A stretch of 58,194 nucleotides of DNA from Lachnospiraceae bacterium. GTDB taxonomy: Bacteria; Bacillota; Clostridia; Lachnospirales; Lachnospiraceae. Position 1 is the first letter of the stretch. Each line of letters starts with the position of its first letter. Location: the NCBI GenBank assembly GCA_017625335.1, contig JAGALE010000231.1:1-58194 (forward strand), in the 5' to 3' direction. Position numbers and translations under genes: made by a program. Below, piece after piece: positions 31,534 to 40,711 of the stretch. Under the pieces are notes generated by a model. That model was not told the origin of the DNA and searched no databases. It saw only the letters and a program-made list of their open reading frames with translations.

Positions 31534-32155
31534 AAGAGTGATAAATGTACCCTTTAATAGAGAACAACTTAGAGAGCTTAAAGCGGGAGATTATGTGTAT
31601 CTTACAGGTACACTTTACAGTGCCAGAGATGCTGCACACAAGAGACTTTTCGACAGTATTATCATGGCAGAAAATGGTATAATGGGAGAAAATGCAACAA
31701 CTAGAGAAGGTCTTAGTGGCAAGGAATTATTTGACAAGGGTATACTTCCGCTAGATATAACCGATAACATTTTCTATTATCTTGGACCTACCCCTGCAAA
31801 GGAAGGACAGGTTATAGGTTCTGCAGGTCCTACCACAAGCTCTAGAATGGATAAGTACACTCCCCTTCTTCTTAGCAAGGGATTGGTTGGAATGATAGGT
31901 AAGGGTAAGAGAAGCAAAGAGGTTATAGAGTCAATAGTTAATAATAAAGCAGTGTATTTTGCAGCTGTGGGTGGTGCCGGAGCATTGCTTTCTAAGTGTA
32001 TTAAAAAGTCAGAGGTTATAGCCTATGATGATCTTGGAACAGAAGCTATCCGTAGACTTAAGGTGGAGGATTTTCCTGTCATAGTAGTAATTGATAGTGA
32101 AGGAAATAATCTATATGAGACAGCAGTTGAGGACTATAACAATCAAGCAAAATAA
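31523..32155 (+). CDS. Fe-S hydro-lyase (class I fumarase/tartrate dehydratase) beta subunit
   Basis: ARDAAHKR, GPTTSSRM, MIGKG, LGTEA; ATG 31523 after GGAGG. Confidence 0.92.
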   Translation: MDSKRVINVPFNREQLRELKAGDYVYLTGTLYSARDAAHKRLFDSIIMAENGIMGENATTREGLSGKELFDKGILPLDITDNIFYYLGPTPAKEGQVIGSAGPTTSSRMDKYTPLLLSKGLVGMIGKGKRSKEVIESIVNNKAVYFAAVGGAGALLSKCIKKSEVIAYDDLGTEAIRRLKVEDFPVIVVIDSEGNNLYETAVEDYNNQAK

Positions 32156-32438
32156 AATTGCGTTCTGCAGGATATAATCTAAAAAGGGCAAATTTAAAAT
32201 GCTAGGTAATAGCTCAAAAACACTACGATAAAGGTTAAACAAATTATTAACGTAGGATTAGAAGAATTTAAAATTATATTTATAAGGTGTAATATATACA
32301 TAATCTAATGGTCATATAATAATACAGCAAAGTTATGTGGATAAGTATTTTATATGATCATTTGCTTATACAGCTAGTAAGCTGTAGTATGGATTAGGTA
32401 ACAATTAATAACGTAATACATGAGACATAAAAGGAGAA

Positions 32439-34193
32439 ATGATTATGGACGAAGAAAAGAAAGAAAAAACCCAAAAGGTTAAAGAAGAAAAGCCTAAAAA
32501 GCAAAAAAAGGTTAAGGTTGTCTATGATGTAGATGGTAAAATGAAGAAGAAAAGAAGTCGTGAGGCGGCAGGCTTTGGTAAATGGAATATTGTAGCACTT
32601 ATAATTTTACTTATTTTAGAGGCGTTTTTCTATTACTTTATAACCCCGGCAATTAATATTCATACAACAGGCTTTTGGGTATGGCTAGCTATTACAGTAG
32701 GTGGATTACTAATTTGCACTATGGATTTTGGCGCCGAGAACCTTGTAATAAGTCACAAAAAGGGTAAGTCCCAGGGTGTTACAGGAGCTACAAAATGGCT
32801 TGCTATAGCTCTTGGGTTATGTATTGTTGTTCCTGTTGTAGGAGGAATTGCTTCATCCTCAATATTTAGAGCATCTACATATGCATCTGTTATTGAGATT
32901 CAGGATGGGGATTTTGCCACAGATATAGCCCCAAGTGAGAACATTAACGATATTGCACTTATGGATACAGATAGTGCCAGAATTATCGGCGAGAGAGCAA
33001 TCGGTTCTTTGTCAGATGTAGTTAGTCAGTACGAGGTAAGCGACAGCTATAGTACTATTGATTACAATGGTAAGCCTATGAAGGTTGCAACTCTTGAGTA
33101 TGCAGGCTTTTTCAAATGGGTTAACAATCGTGATGCAGGAATTCCGGGATATGTATTGGTAGATCCTGTTAAGAACGAGGCAAAGTATGTGAAGCTTGAT
33201 AAGCCTATTAAGTATACACCATCAGGTTGCTTTGGAGATAACCTTTATAGAAAGGTACAGATGTCTTATCCAACATATGACTTTAACGGATTTTATTTTG
33301 AGCTTGATAATGATGGAAATCCTTACTATATCTGTCCGGTATTAAAGCCTAATGCAGGTCTTTTTGGAGCAAAGGATGTAAAGGGAGTTGTAATATTTGA
33401 TCCATGTACAGGAGACAGTGAGTACCTTGAGGTAGGTCAGATTCCTAACTGGGTAGATAGAGTTTATGATGGAGAGTTAGCTTGTCAGAAGTATAACTGG
33501 TACGGAAATTTATCTGGTGGATTTATCAACAGTATTATTGGTAACAAGGGCTGTAAGGTAACAACAGACGACTACGGCTACAAGGTTATGAATGGTGATG
33601 TTTGGGTATATACTGGTGTAACTTCTGTAAATGGAGATCAGTCTAACATCGGTTTTGTAATGATGAACTCACGTACAGGTGAGAGTAAATATTATACAAT
33701 CGCAGGTGCAGAGGAGCATTCTGCTATGGAGTCTGCAGAGGGTCAGGTTCAGAACTTAGGCTACGAGGCATCCTTCCCATCACTTATCAATATCGATGGT
33801 GTACCAACCTACATTATGGTACTTAAGGATAATGCAGGTCTTGTTAAGATGTATGCTTTAGTTAATGTTGAGAAGTACAACGTAGTTGCTACAGGTACAA
33901 CTCAAAGAGAAGCACTTGTAAGCTATCGTAAGCTTATGGTGGAGAATGGAATACTATCTAATGAGGTAGTTATATCTGACGAGACACCTAATAAGGAGAT
34001 TACCGTTAAGGAAATCAGATATATAAATATGGAGGGTGAAACCTTCGTATATATCACAGCAAAGGATGGTTCCGTTTATAAGCAGAATTTTGCTGATAAT
34101 GAGACACTTATCTTTATTGAGCCAGAGATGAAGATTAAGGTATATTATAATGAAACTGAGTCAGGCATTAATGAGCTTGTGTCCTATGAGTAG
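32439..34193 (+). CDS. Conserved hypothetical membrane-anchored protein with a large soluble domain
   Basis: Three N-terminal TM helices, long clean ORF, AGGAG RBS, terminator at about 34218-34250. Confidence 0.75.
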   Translation: MIMDEEKKEKTQKVKEEKPKKQKKVKVVYDVDGKMKKKRSREAAGFGKWNIVALIILLILEAFFYYFITPAINIHTTGFWVWLAITVGGLLICTMDFGAENLVISHKKGKSQGVTGATKWLAIALGLCIVVPVVGGIASSSIFRASTYASVIEIQDGDFATDIAPSENINDIALMDTDSARIIGERAIGSLSDVVSQYEVSDSYSTIDYNGKPMKVATLEYAGFFKWVNNRDAGIPGYVLVDPVKNEAKYVKLDKPIKYTPSGCFGDNLYRKVQMSYPTYDFNGFYFELDNDGNPYYICPVLKPNAGLFGAKDVKGVVIFDPCTGDSEYLEVGQIPNWVDRVYDGELACQKYNWYGNLSGGFINSIIGNKGCKVTTDDYGYKVMNGDVWVYTGVTSVNGDQSNIGFVMMNSRTGESKYYTIAGAEEHSAMESAEGQVQNLGYEASFPSLINIDGVPTYIMVLKDNAGLVKMYALVNVEKYNVVATGTTQREALVSYRKLMVENGILSNEVVISDETPNKEITVKEIRYINMEGETFVYITAKDGSVYKQNFADNETLIFIEPEMKIKVYYNETESGINELVSYE

Positions 34194-34384
34194 GTTTTAA
34201 AAAAATAATAAGTGTTTAAATCCCACCTTCTTAATTGGAGGTGGGATTTTTAGTTGGGCGTTGTGGATAAAAAATTTTAAAACCTATGAATAAAAAATAT
34301 ACTAGCAGCATACTATATTATTGTAGCAGGTGTGGTATAATCAAGAAAAATATGAAAGCCATATGGGAAATATTTGCAAATCCG

Positions 34385-34413
34385 TTGACAAAGGCTAATA
34401 TTTTTGGTATTAT
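34385..34413 (+). promoter_or_regulatory. Sigma-A promoter of tRNA-Ser
   Basis: TTGACA-17 bp-TATTAT. Confidence 0.75.
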
Positions 34414-34476
34414 GTTTAAGCGTGTTAGCGCAAAACTAAATATCACCATAATAATTGGTAGGTTGTTTAGGCATTT

Positions 34477-34564
34477 GGAGATGTACTCAAGTGGCTGAAG
34501 AGGCGCCCCTGCTAAGGGTGTAGGTCGTTTGCGCGGCGCGAGGGTTCAAATCCCTCCATCTCCG
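34477..34564 (+). tRNA. tRNA-Ser (GCT)
   Basis: GGAGATG/CATCTCC acceptor, anticodon loop CTGCTAA, long variable arm. Confidence 0.96.
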
Positions 34565-34587
34565 TTAAGATTTATATGAAAATCTTG

Positions 34588-34616
34588 TTGACTTATGAGC
34601 AAGTTTCACATATAAT
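34588..34616 (+). promoter_or_regulatory. Sigma-A promoter of tRNA-Asn/Cys
   Basis: TTGACT-17 bp-TATAAT. Confidence 0.75.
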
Positions 34617-34646
34617 CTACATTGCTGACTGGTAGTCAGTTTATAT

Positions 34647-34719
34647 TCCTCCTTAGCTCAGTCGGTAGAGCACCTGACTGTTAATCAGGGCGTCGTTGGT
34701 TCAAGTCCAACAGGGGGAG
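34647..34719 (+). tRNA. tRNA-Asn (GTT)
   Basis: TCCTCCT/AGGGGGA acceptor, anticodon loop CTGTTAA. Confidence 0.96.
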
Positions 34720-34769
34720 CTTGCTTCAATTAGCTGATTTAACTATTGAAGCTACATAACTTTATATTA

Positions 34770-34840
34770 GGCGCGATCGCCAAGTGGTAAGGCCCCGGTC
34801 TGCAACACCGTTATCGCCGGTTCAAATCCGGCTCGCGCCT
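34770..34840 (+). tRNA. tRNA-Cys (GCA)
   Basis: GGCGCGA/TCGCGCC acceptor, anticodon loop CTGCAAC, U discriminator. Confidence 0.95.
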
Positions 34841-34845
34841 CTTAG

Positions 34846-34880
34846 AAACCTAGAATTTATATTCTAGGTTTTATTTTTTT
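34846..34880 (+). terminator. Intrinsic terminator after the tRNA cluster
   Basis: AAACCTAGAAT...ATTCTAGGTTT then a T-tract. Confidence 0.8.
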
Positions 34881-35005
34881 GTGTCAAAATCCCGATGAAT
34901 AATAGTTAATAATATGAAAATATGAATTGTAGATATGTGGTAAAATTGATATAATTAATATTGGATTAGTGTCATGAAAATGACCTTAAATTATTAGGAG
35001 CAGCT

Positions 35006-35668
35006 ATGAAAAATATTATTCTAGCATCCCAGTCTCCAAGACGTAAGGAGCTACTTGCACAGGCAGGTTTTTCATTTGAGATAATTACATCTGATGTGGA
35101 GGAGATAATTACTCATACCAAGCCGTGGGAAATTGCAGAAAGCTTGTCTAGTCAAAAGGCAGAGGATGTATTTAGTAAGGTTATAGAAAAATATGGAATA
35201 GATAAGGCAGACAATTATCTGGTTATAGGTGCAGATACAATAGTTGCCATAGAGGATAGGATTCTTGGTAAGCCAAAGGATAGAGCTGATGCTTATGATA
35301 TGATGAAGCTTCTGTCAGGCAAGACTCATCAGGTTTATACAGGAGTGACGATTGTATCATCTTACGCAAGCAATCTACAAGGTGAGTCAGATATTAATCA
35401 GCAAGGTGTATCTGAGGGTGGAGAAAAGAACACCAAAGAATTTATCCACACCTTTAATGAATGCACAGACGTTACGTTTTATGAGATAACAGATGATGAA
35501 ATTAATGAGTATCTAGATGCAGGTTTGGAGTGGACTGATAAGGCCGGAGCATACGGTATTCAGGCTACTGTGGGAGCTAAGTTTGTTAAGGAAATAAAAG
35601 GTGATTATAACAATGTAGTAGGACTTCCTGTTGCAAGACTGTATCAGGAATTGAAGTCAATGATGTAA
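35006..35668 (+). CDS. maf: Maf family nucleoside triphosphate pyrophosphatase
   Basis: ILASQSPRRKELL, GADT, LGKP, DKAGAYGIQ, NVVGLP. Confidence 0.95.
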   Translation: MKNIILASQSPRRKELLAQAGFSFEIITSDVEEIITHTKPWEIAESLSSQKAEDVFSKVIEKYGIDKADNYLVIGADTIVAIEDRILGKPKDRADAYDMMKLLSGKTHQVYTGVTIVSSYASNLQGESDINQQGVSEGGEKNTKEFIHTFNECTDVTFYEITDDEINEYLDAGLEWTDKAGAYGIQATVGAKFVKEIKGDYNNVVGLPVARLYQELKSMM

Positions 35669-35755
35669 AGTATATTATGTTGTAAATTCTAAAGAGAAGG
35701 CTGATAATTATTTGGTATAGCTTATTCAGCGATATGAGAATAGAGAGGTAGTATT

Positions 35756-37468
35756 ATGGAGTGGGGTTTTAATGCAGTAAGGGTGAAGGAGCAGAGCAAA
35801 AGTCTGTTTCACCTTTGCATAAAAAGAGCGGAAAGCATAGGCTTACATGAGTATATAAAGTCAGATGGAAAGGTTTCATTAGCAGAGGCTTATCGGATTG
35901 ATATGAAGAACTTTCTTATCTACTTAGGTTACGCAGATGGACGCATAAACAAGGAAGAGGTTAAGTATCTAAATGAACTTATGGGTCTTCAGATGTATCC
36001 TGATATCATATCAGAATATGCGGATAGATGGAATCTAAAGGAGATAAGCTTTTTGGATAGACCTCCTCTTTCCTTAGAGCCATTTGTCAGATCTAATGTT
36101 GGTCCGGAGACAGGTGAGATAAGTGATTCCTACTACGATTTGGTTGATTTATATGTAACCACATTTAATTATATAGGCAATGATTTTATAGCCTGCAATA
36201 AGGAGATTAGTCAGGGTGAGATAGATGCCTTATCTTCTTATACTATGATGCTAGCGGATTACATAGATGAGTTTCAGGGCAAGATGCAGGAATATAGACC
36301 TACTATTGCCTATAAGCCGGGAAGTAAGATTAGTGAAGAGGAAAAGCCGGAGTATGTGTCCTTTGATGCATTGGATATGTATAATGGTGGAGAAGACAGG
36401 GTATTAAATACCGGAAGAAGCGCAAAGTATTCCTTGAGACAGGACAATGATGTAATGGGTACTGACAGAGTTTTGAGCAATAATGAAAATGTATCCAGAG
36501 ACATTTCGGGACATGATAACTTTAGATTCTCAACTGATGATGATAAGAGATATGAAAAGTCCATGAAGGAGGACAAGAAGGTTAGATTAGAAAATGGTAC
36601 TGATGATGTGCCAGAGCAGAACACAGCAGATGTTTTATCTAATGAGGATAGCATGGAAAAGCTGATGCAGCAGCTTAACGATTTAACCGGCATGGAAAGC
36701 GTGAAGAAAGAGGTTAATAATCTTATTAACCTGCTTAAGATATGCCAGATTCGTAAGGCTAAGGGACTTCAGGTTCCACCTACTAATAACCATCTGGTAT
36801 TCTTAGGAAATCCTGGAACAGGTAAGACTACTGTGGCGAGAATATTGTCTCAGATATACCATGGTCTTGGAATACTTTCTAAGGGACACTTGGTTGAGGT
36901 AGATAGATCAGGTCTTGTAGCAGGTTATATGGGACAGACTGCAGAGAAGGTTACAGAGGTAATTGAGAAGGCAAAGGGTGGAATCCTATTCATAGATGAG
37001 GCCTATGCTCTTTCTTCCGGAAAGCAGGAGGGAGACTTTGGTCAGGAGGCTATAGATATTCTTAACAAGGCTATGGAGGACAACCGAGATGACCTTATAG
37101 TTATTGCAGCAGGATATCACAATGAGATGCAGGATTTCCTTGATGCAAACCCTGGTCTTCGTTCACGTTTTAATAGAACAATTGAGTTCCCTAACTATAG
37201 CGCAGATGACTTAATTGAGATTATGTCTAACAGAGCGAAAAAGCTTGATTATACTATTGAGCCTGAAACCTTAGAGTATATCAGAGCTAAGTTCAGACAG
37301 TTTCTTATGGTGCCACCTAAGAATTTTGGTAATGCTCGTTCTGTGAGAAATTATCTGGATAATGCTATAAGTAATCAGGCTAACAGACTTGTCACAAGCC
37401 CAAGTCTTGATTTAGATGCACTTACAACCATAACTATAGAAGATGTAGCGAATTTGGTGCTTTCATAA
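35756..37468 (+). CDS. CbbX/SpoVK-family AAA+ ATPase with N-terminal TerB-like helical domain
   Basis: GNPGTGKTTVAR, LVAGYMGQTA, LFIDEAY, NPGLRSRF, GNARSVRN; N-terminal ADGRINKEE. Confidence 0.85.
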   Translation: MEWGFNAVRVKEQSKSLFHLCIKRAESIGLHEYIKSDGKVSLAEAYRIDMKNFLIYLGYADGRINKEEVKYLNELMGLQMYPDIISEYADRWNLKEISFLDRPPLSLEPFVRSNVGPETGEISDSYYDLVDLYVTTFNYIGNDFIACNKEISQGEIDALSSYTMMLADYIDEFQGKMQEYRPTIAYKPGSKISEEEKPEYVSFDALDMYNGGEDRVLNTGRSAKYSLRQDNDVMGTDRVLSNNENVSRDISGHDNFRFSTDDDKRYEKSMKEDKKVRLENGTDDVPEQNTADVLSNEDSMEKLMQQLNDLTGMESVKKEVNNLINLLKICQIRKAKGLQVPPTNNHLVFLGNPGTGKTTVARILSQIYHGLGILSKGHLVEVDRSGLVAGYMGQTAEKVTEVIEKAKGGILFIDEAYALSSGKQEGDFGQEAIDILNKAMEDNRDDLIVIAAGYHNEMQDFLDANPGLRSRFNRTIEFPNYSADDLIEIMSNRAKKLDYTIEPETLEYIRAKFRQFLMVPPKNFGNARSVRNYLDNAISNQANRLVTSPSLDLDALTTITIEDVANLVLS

Positions 37469-38871
37469 TGAAAAAATATATTTGTGAGGGTCTGGCAGAA
37501 TATTTATCAATGGACCGTAAGCCTTGGCATATGCCGGGGCATAAGAGAAAGAATTTTATAAAAGAATTAGATGAGAAGGCTGGCTTAGATGTGGCAGCCT
37601 TTTTGTCTTGTGATGTAACTGAGGTTTCCGGTACAGATGATTTACACCATCCAGAGGAGATGATATTAAAATCTCAGCAGCAACTAGCACGTATCTATGA
37701 TTCATACGCAAGCTTTTATATGGTAAATGGTTCCACTGGAGGAATTCTCTCTGCAATAGGTGCGGTAGCCGAGTATGGGAAAGAGGCAGGTAAAAATAAA
37801 ATCATAATAGCTAGAAACTGTCATAAATCAGTATACAATGGAGTTAAGCTGTTTGGTCTAGAGCCTATATATGTGGAGCCCCAATACGTGGAGCTAGAGG
37901 ATAGCTACAAATCTTACATATACGGTGAGATAACACCTCAGCAGATAGAGTCACTAGTGAAGCAGCACCAAGATATTTGTGCTGTGGTTATAACCAGTCC
38001 AACCTACGAGGGTGTGGTGTCAGATGTGGAAGGAATCAAGAGGGTGCTAAAGCCTTATGGTATACCTCTCATAGTGGATGAGGCTCATGGGGCACATTTA
38101 CCATTTATGGATGGTGAGGACCAACTGCCAAAATCAGCAGTAAAACAGGGGGCAGACATAGTTGTTCAGAGCTTGCACAAGACCTTGCCGTCACTTACTC
38201 AGACTGCAGTGCTTCATGTGAATAACGAGAAGCTTTGCGATGGTGTTAAAAAATACTTATCAGTATTTATGAGCTCATCACCTTCCTATCCTATGCTTTG
38301 TTCTATGGAGCAGGCTGTAGTTGATGCATGGAACAGAAAGAAGGACTTGCAAAGCTTTAATGAATATCTAAGTAATCTAGATGCTTTTAGAAATAGTTTG
38401 AAGGATTTAAAGAATATAAAGCTATTAGGAAAAGCAGATAATTATTATGCATATGATAAAACCCGAATAGTGCTCTATGGTGATATAAATGGAGAGACAC
38501 TGGCAACAAAGCTTAGAGATATGGGAAATATTGAGATAGAAATGAGTGGTATTAATTATGTGGTTTTAATTTCCACATATGCCGATAGATTAGAAGATTT
38601 TAAGTATTTGGAAAATACCATAAAGCTGGTGGATGAGGAGCTTGACCTTAGAGAAAACCAATTTTCTAATGAGTCTAATAATGAGGTTTTATTAAATAAT
38701 CAAGAAGTAATAAAAGAACTTAAAAAGCTTGTGGGAACGGTGTCTGTAGATAATATTTATGTATATCCACCGGGAAGCTATATTGTGGCAGCAGGTGAGT
38801 ACATTTCCCAGGAAGCTGTGCATAAGATAGAGGAGCTTATGGCTTCAGGGAAAAGGATAATAGGATTGTAA
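37468..38871 (+). CDS. PLP-dependent Orn/Lys/Arg decarboxylase family protein
   Basis: HMPGHK, NGSTGG, RNCHKS, DEAHGAH, QSLHKT, YPPG. Confidence 0.9.
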   Translation: MKKYICEGLAEYLSMDRKPWHMPGHKRKNFIKELDEKAGLDVAAFLSCDVTEVSGTDDLHHPEEMILKSQQQLARIYDSYASFYMVNGSTGGILSAIGAVAEYGKEAGKNKIIIARNCHKSVYNGVKLFGLEPIYVEPQYVELEDSYKSYIYGEITPQQIESLVKQHQDICAVVITSPTYEGVVSDVEGIKRVLKPYGIPLIVDEAHGAHLPFMDGEDQLPKSAVKQGADIVVQSLHKTLPSLTQTAVLHVNNEKLCDGVKKYLSVFMSSSPSYPMLCSMEQAVVDAWNRKKDLQSFNEYLSNLDAFRNSLKDLKNIKLLGKADNYYAYDKTRIVLYGDINGETLATKLRDMGNIEIEMSGINYVVLISTYADRLEDFKYLENTIKLVDEELDLRENQFSNESNNEVLLNNQEVIKELKKLVGTVSVDNIYVYPPGSYIVAAGEYISQEAVHKIEELMASGKRIIGL

Positions 38872-38881
38872 GGAGAATAAG

Positions 38882-39972
38882 GTGCAAGGATATAGAATGT
38901 ATAAACAATTAAATAGCGTAGAGGATTTAGAGCTATCCTTCTATGAGGAGGTTTCGCAGATACCTGAGAATGAGGGAGATTTGGAAACCACAGTAAGCTA
39001 TGTAAGGGATATCAGAGATGGTAAGCTTTACATCAAGAAGGAAATACTTAATGGCGATAAGTCTGTGTACCAGGAGCTTCTTATGTATGAGGAGAAGAAT
39101 GGTAAAAAGCTAAACGGAGTACCTAAGCTATTTACTATTACAGATGATGGAAACAGGGTTTATACCATAGAAGAATTTATTAACTGTCCAACCCTCATAG
39201 TGTTATGGAGTCTCAATCTGTTACTGCAGAGGAGCTTACCCTCATATTTAGAGAGGTGTGCATAATATTAGAGAAGCTTCACAAGTCTGCCAAGCCAATT
39301 GCTCATGGAGATGTTTCAGCCAAAAATATATTGGTGGATATGGATGCAATAAGAGATTTAACTAAGAATCAAAAGGTTTACCTTGTGGATTTTAACAGGG
39401 GAACTAAGCAACACCTTAGGATAGATATAAGTCAGGATATGAAGGACTGTTGTAAAACCTTGAGACAGTGTATGGATAGCTTGGTATTAAAAAGTATAAC
39501 AGAGTTTGATGGACCACTTTGGGAAGGGCTTAAGGATATTGCTGAAAATGGACCTGTAAAATTCACTACAGATCGTCAGATGATATCTGGTCTTGGAATG
39601 CTTATAGGCAAACGTGCGCCTAGAAGAGAAAATCCAAAGAAAAAAAGCTACGCAATACCGGGCTTTAGAACTAAGAAGCTATGGAAGATGATTATAGCAT
39701 CATTTGTATATATATTTATGGTACTAATTGCTATTAATGTAGATATGGATTATGAAGGAATATGGAATGTGTATGAAAGACTTTGTGCTTTTGGTTTGAT
39801 GTTTTCATATCCGGCATGGTTCTGTAATTATATGGGGGTAAGAGATAAGTACAGCTGGTTAAATGGAAAGAGCGTGGTTAAGAAGCTTATAGGACATTTT
39901 ATAGCGGTGGTTGCAATATTTGGTTTTTGGATGATGATGATAATAGCACCGGATTTGTTGAAGATAATATAA
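38882..39972 (+). pseudogene. Ser/Thr protein kinase-like membrane protein, frameshifted near 39197
   Basis: ORF1 has N-lobe features (YIKKE, IEEFI); ORF2 has HGDVSAKNIL, DFN and C-terminal TMs; one added base gives CPTL-x-SVMESQ. Confidence 0.7.
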
Positions 39973-40002
39973 TACATAGAGAAGTAAATATTAATTGCTG
40001 AT

Positions 40003-40041
40003 ACAAGGGAATCTGCCAAGGTGGATTCTCTTGTTTTTTTG
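40003..40041 (+). terminator. Intrinsic terminator at the left edge of the accessory locus
   Basis: ACAAGGGAATCT...GGATTCTCTTGT then TTTTTT. Confidence 0.8.
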
Positions 40042-40044
40042 TTT

Positions 40045-40083
40045 CGTGATTTATACGAAAATGATTTTGCCGTGGCATATACT
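40045..40083 (+). promoter_or_regulatory. CGT-N7-ACG palindrome + -10 box (copy 1)
   Basis: CGTGATTTATACG 40045-40057; TATACT 40078-40083. Confidence 0.6.
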
Positions 40084-40289
40084 ACGTTTGCAAGCAGGAA
40101 AACACGACACCGGTTAGGTGTATAGTGATGCAGTTAAAATTGTATTTTTCACAATGACAGAATCATAGAGACATACTTCCTGCCCAGTATACAGGGCAGC
40201 AAAGAATATGTATACAGCGACTAGCTGCGCTTTTGAAATCAGATAGGGTAACAACCACCAAGAGTTGAATAAAAAATAAATCATAGGAG

Positions 40290-40565
40290 GTGCATAATAT
40301 TAGCAATATAAAGTCAATTAACAAAGATGAGTTAGAGAAAAGAAAAGAGCTTTACAAAAGGCTTGTTATGGAAGATGGAGACATTACAGAATTAGAGCTG
40401 TCAATAAGGTCTCTTGTTTATCTTAAGAAAAATGGTATAAATACTGTATTTCAGCTCATGGAGCCTAATGAGAAGGAGGCATCGATCTTAAGAGGTATGA
40501 GCGAAAAGATGCTTAGGGAAATAAGTGATATTTTAGAGGACTTGAAAAAGGGTATTGAGGATTAA
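40290..40565 (+). CDS. Stand-alone RNA polymerase alpha-subunit C-terminal-domain protein
   Basis: ITELELSIRSLVYLKKNGINTVFQL...LRGMSEKMLREI matches the alpha-CTD HhH pattern (IEELELSVRS.NCLK..GI.T..L...GKKSL.EI). Confidence 0.8.
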   Translation: MHNISNIKSINKDELEKRKELYKRLVMEDGDITELELSIRSLVYLKKNGINTVFQLMEPNEKEASILRGMSEKMLREISDILEDLKKGIED

Positions 40566-40711
40566 CAAAATGCTAGGTATAATTTGCTTGTGGGCATATT
40601 ACTTAGATATTACAGAATTATGTGATGGGTGATTTAGTATATGAATAAGCAGAGTAATGTGTAGCTACAATCACACATTACTCTGTAAATTTTATGATTA
40701 GGAGAAGACAA

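Noticed and set aside
34286-34498. 70-aa ORF before tRNA-Ser
   Set aside because: Overlaps the tRNA promoter and the tRNA itself; no RBS.
32336-35450. Isolated perfect DnaA boxes at 32336, 34262 and 35442
   Set aside because: Single scattered boxes near the origin with no clustering; not enough to call a regulatory site.
40115-40215. HDV-like ribozyme in the leader before the alpha-CTD gene
   Set aside because: The putative P1 lacks the required first G-U/G-C pair, and a simple CTGCCC/GGGCAG hairpin explains the sequence better.
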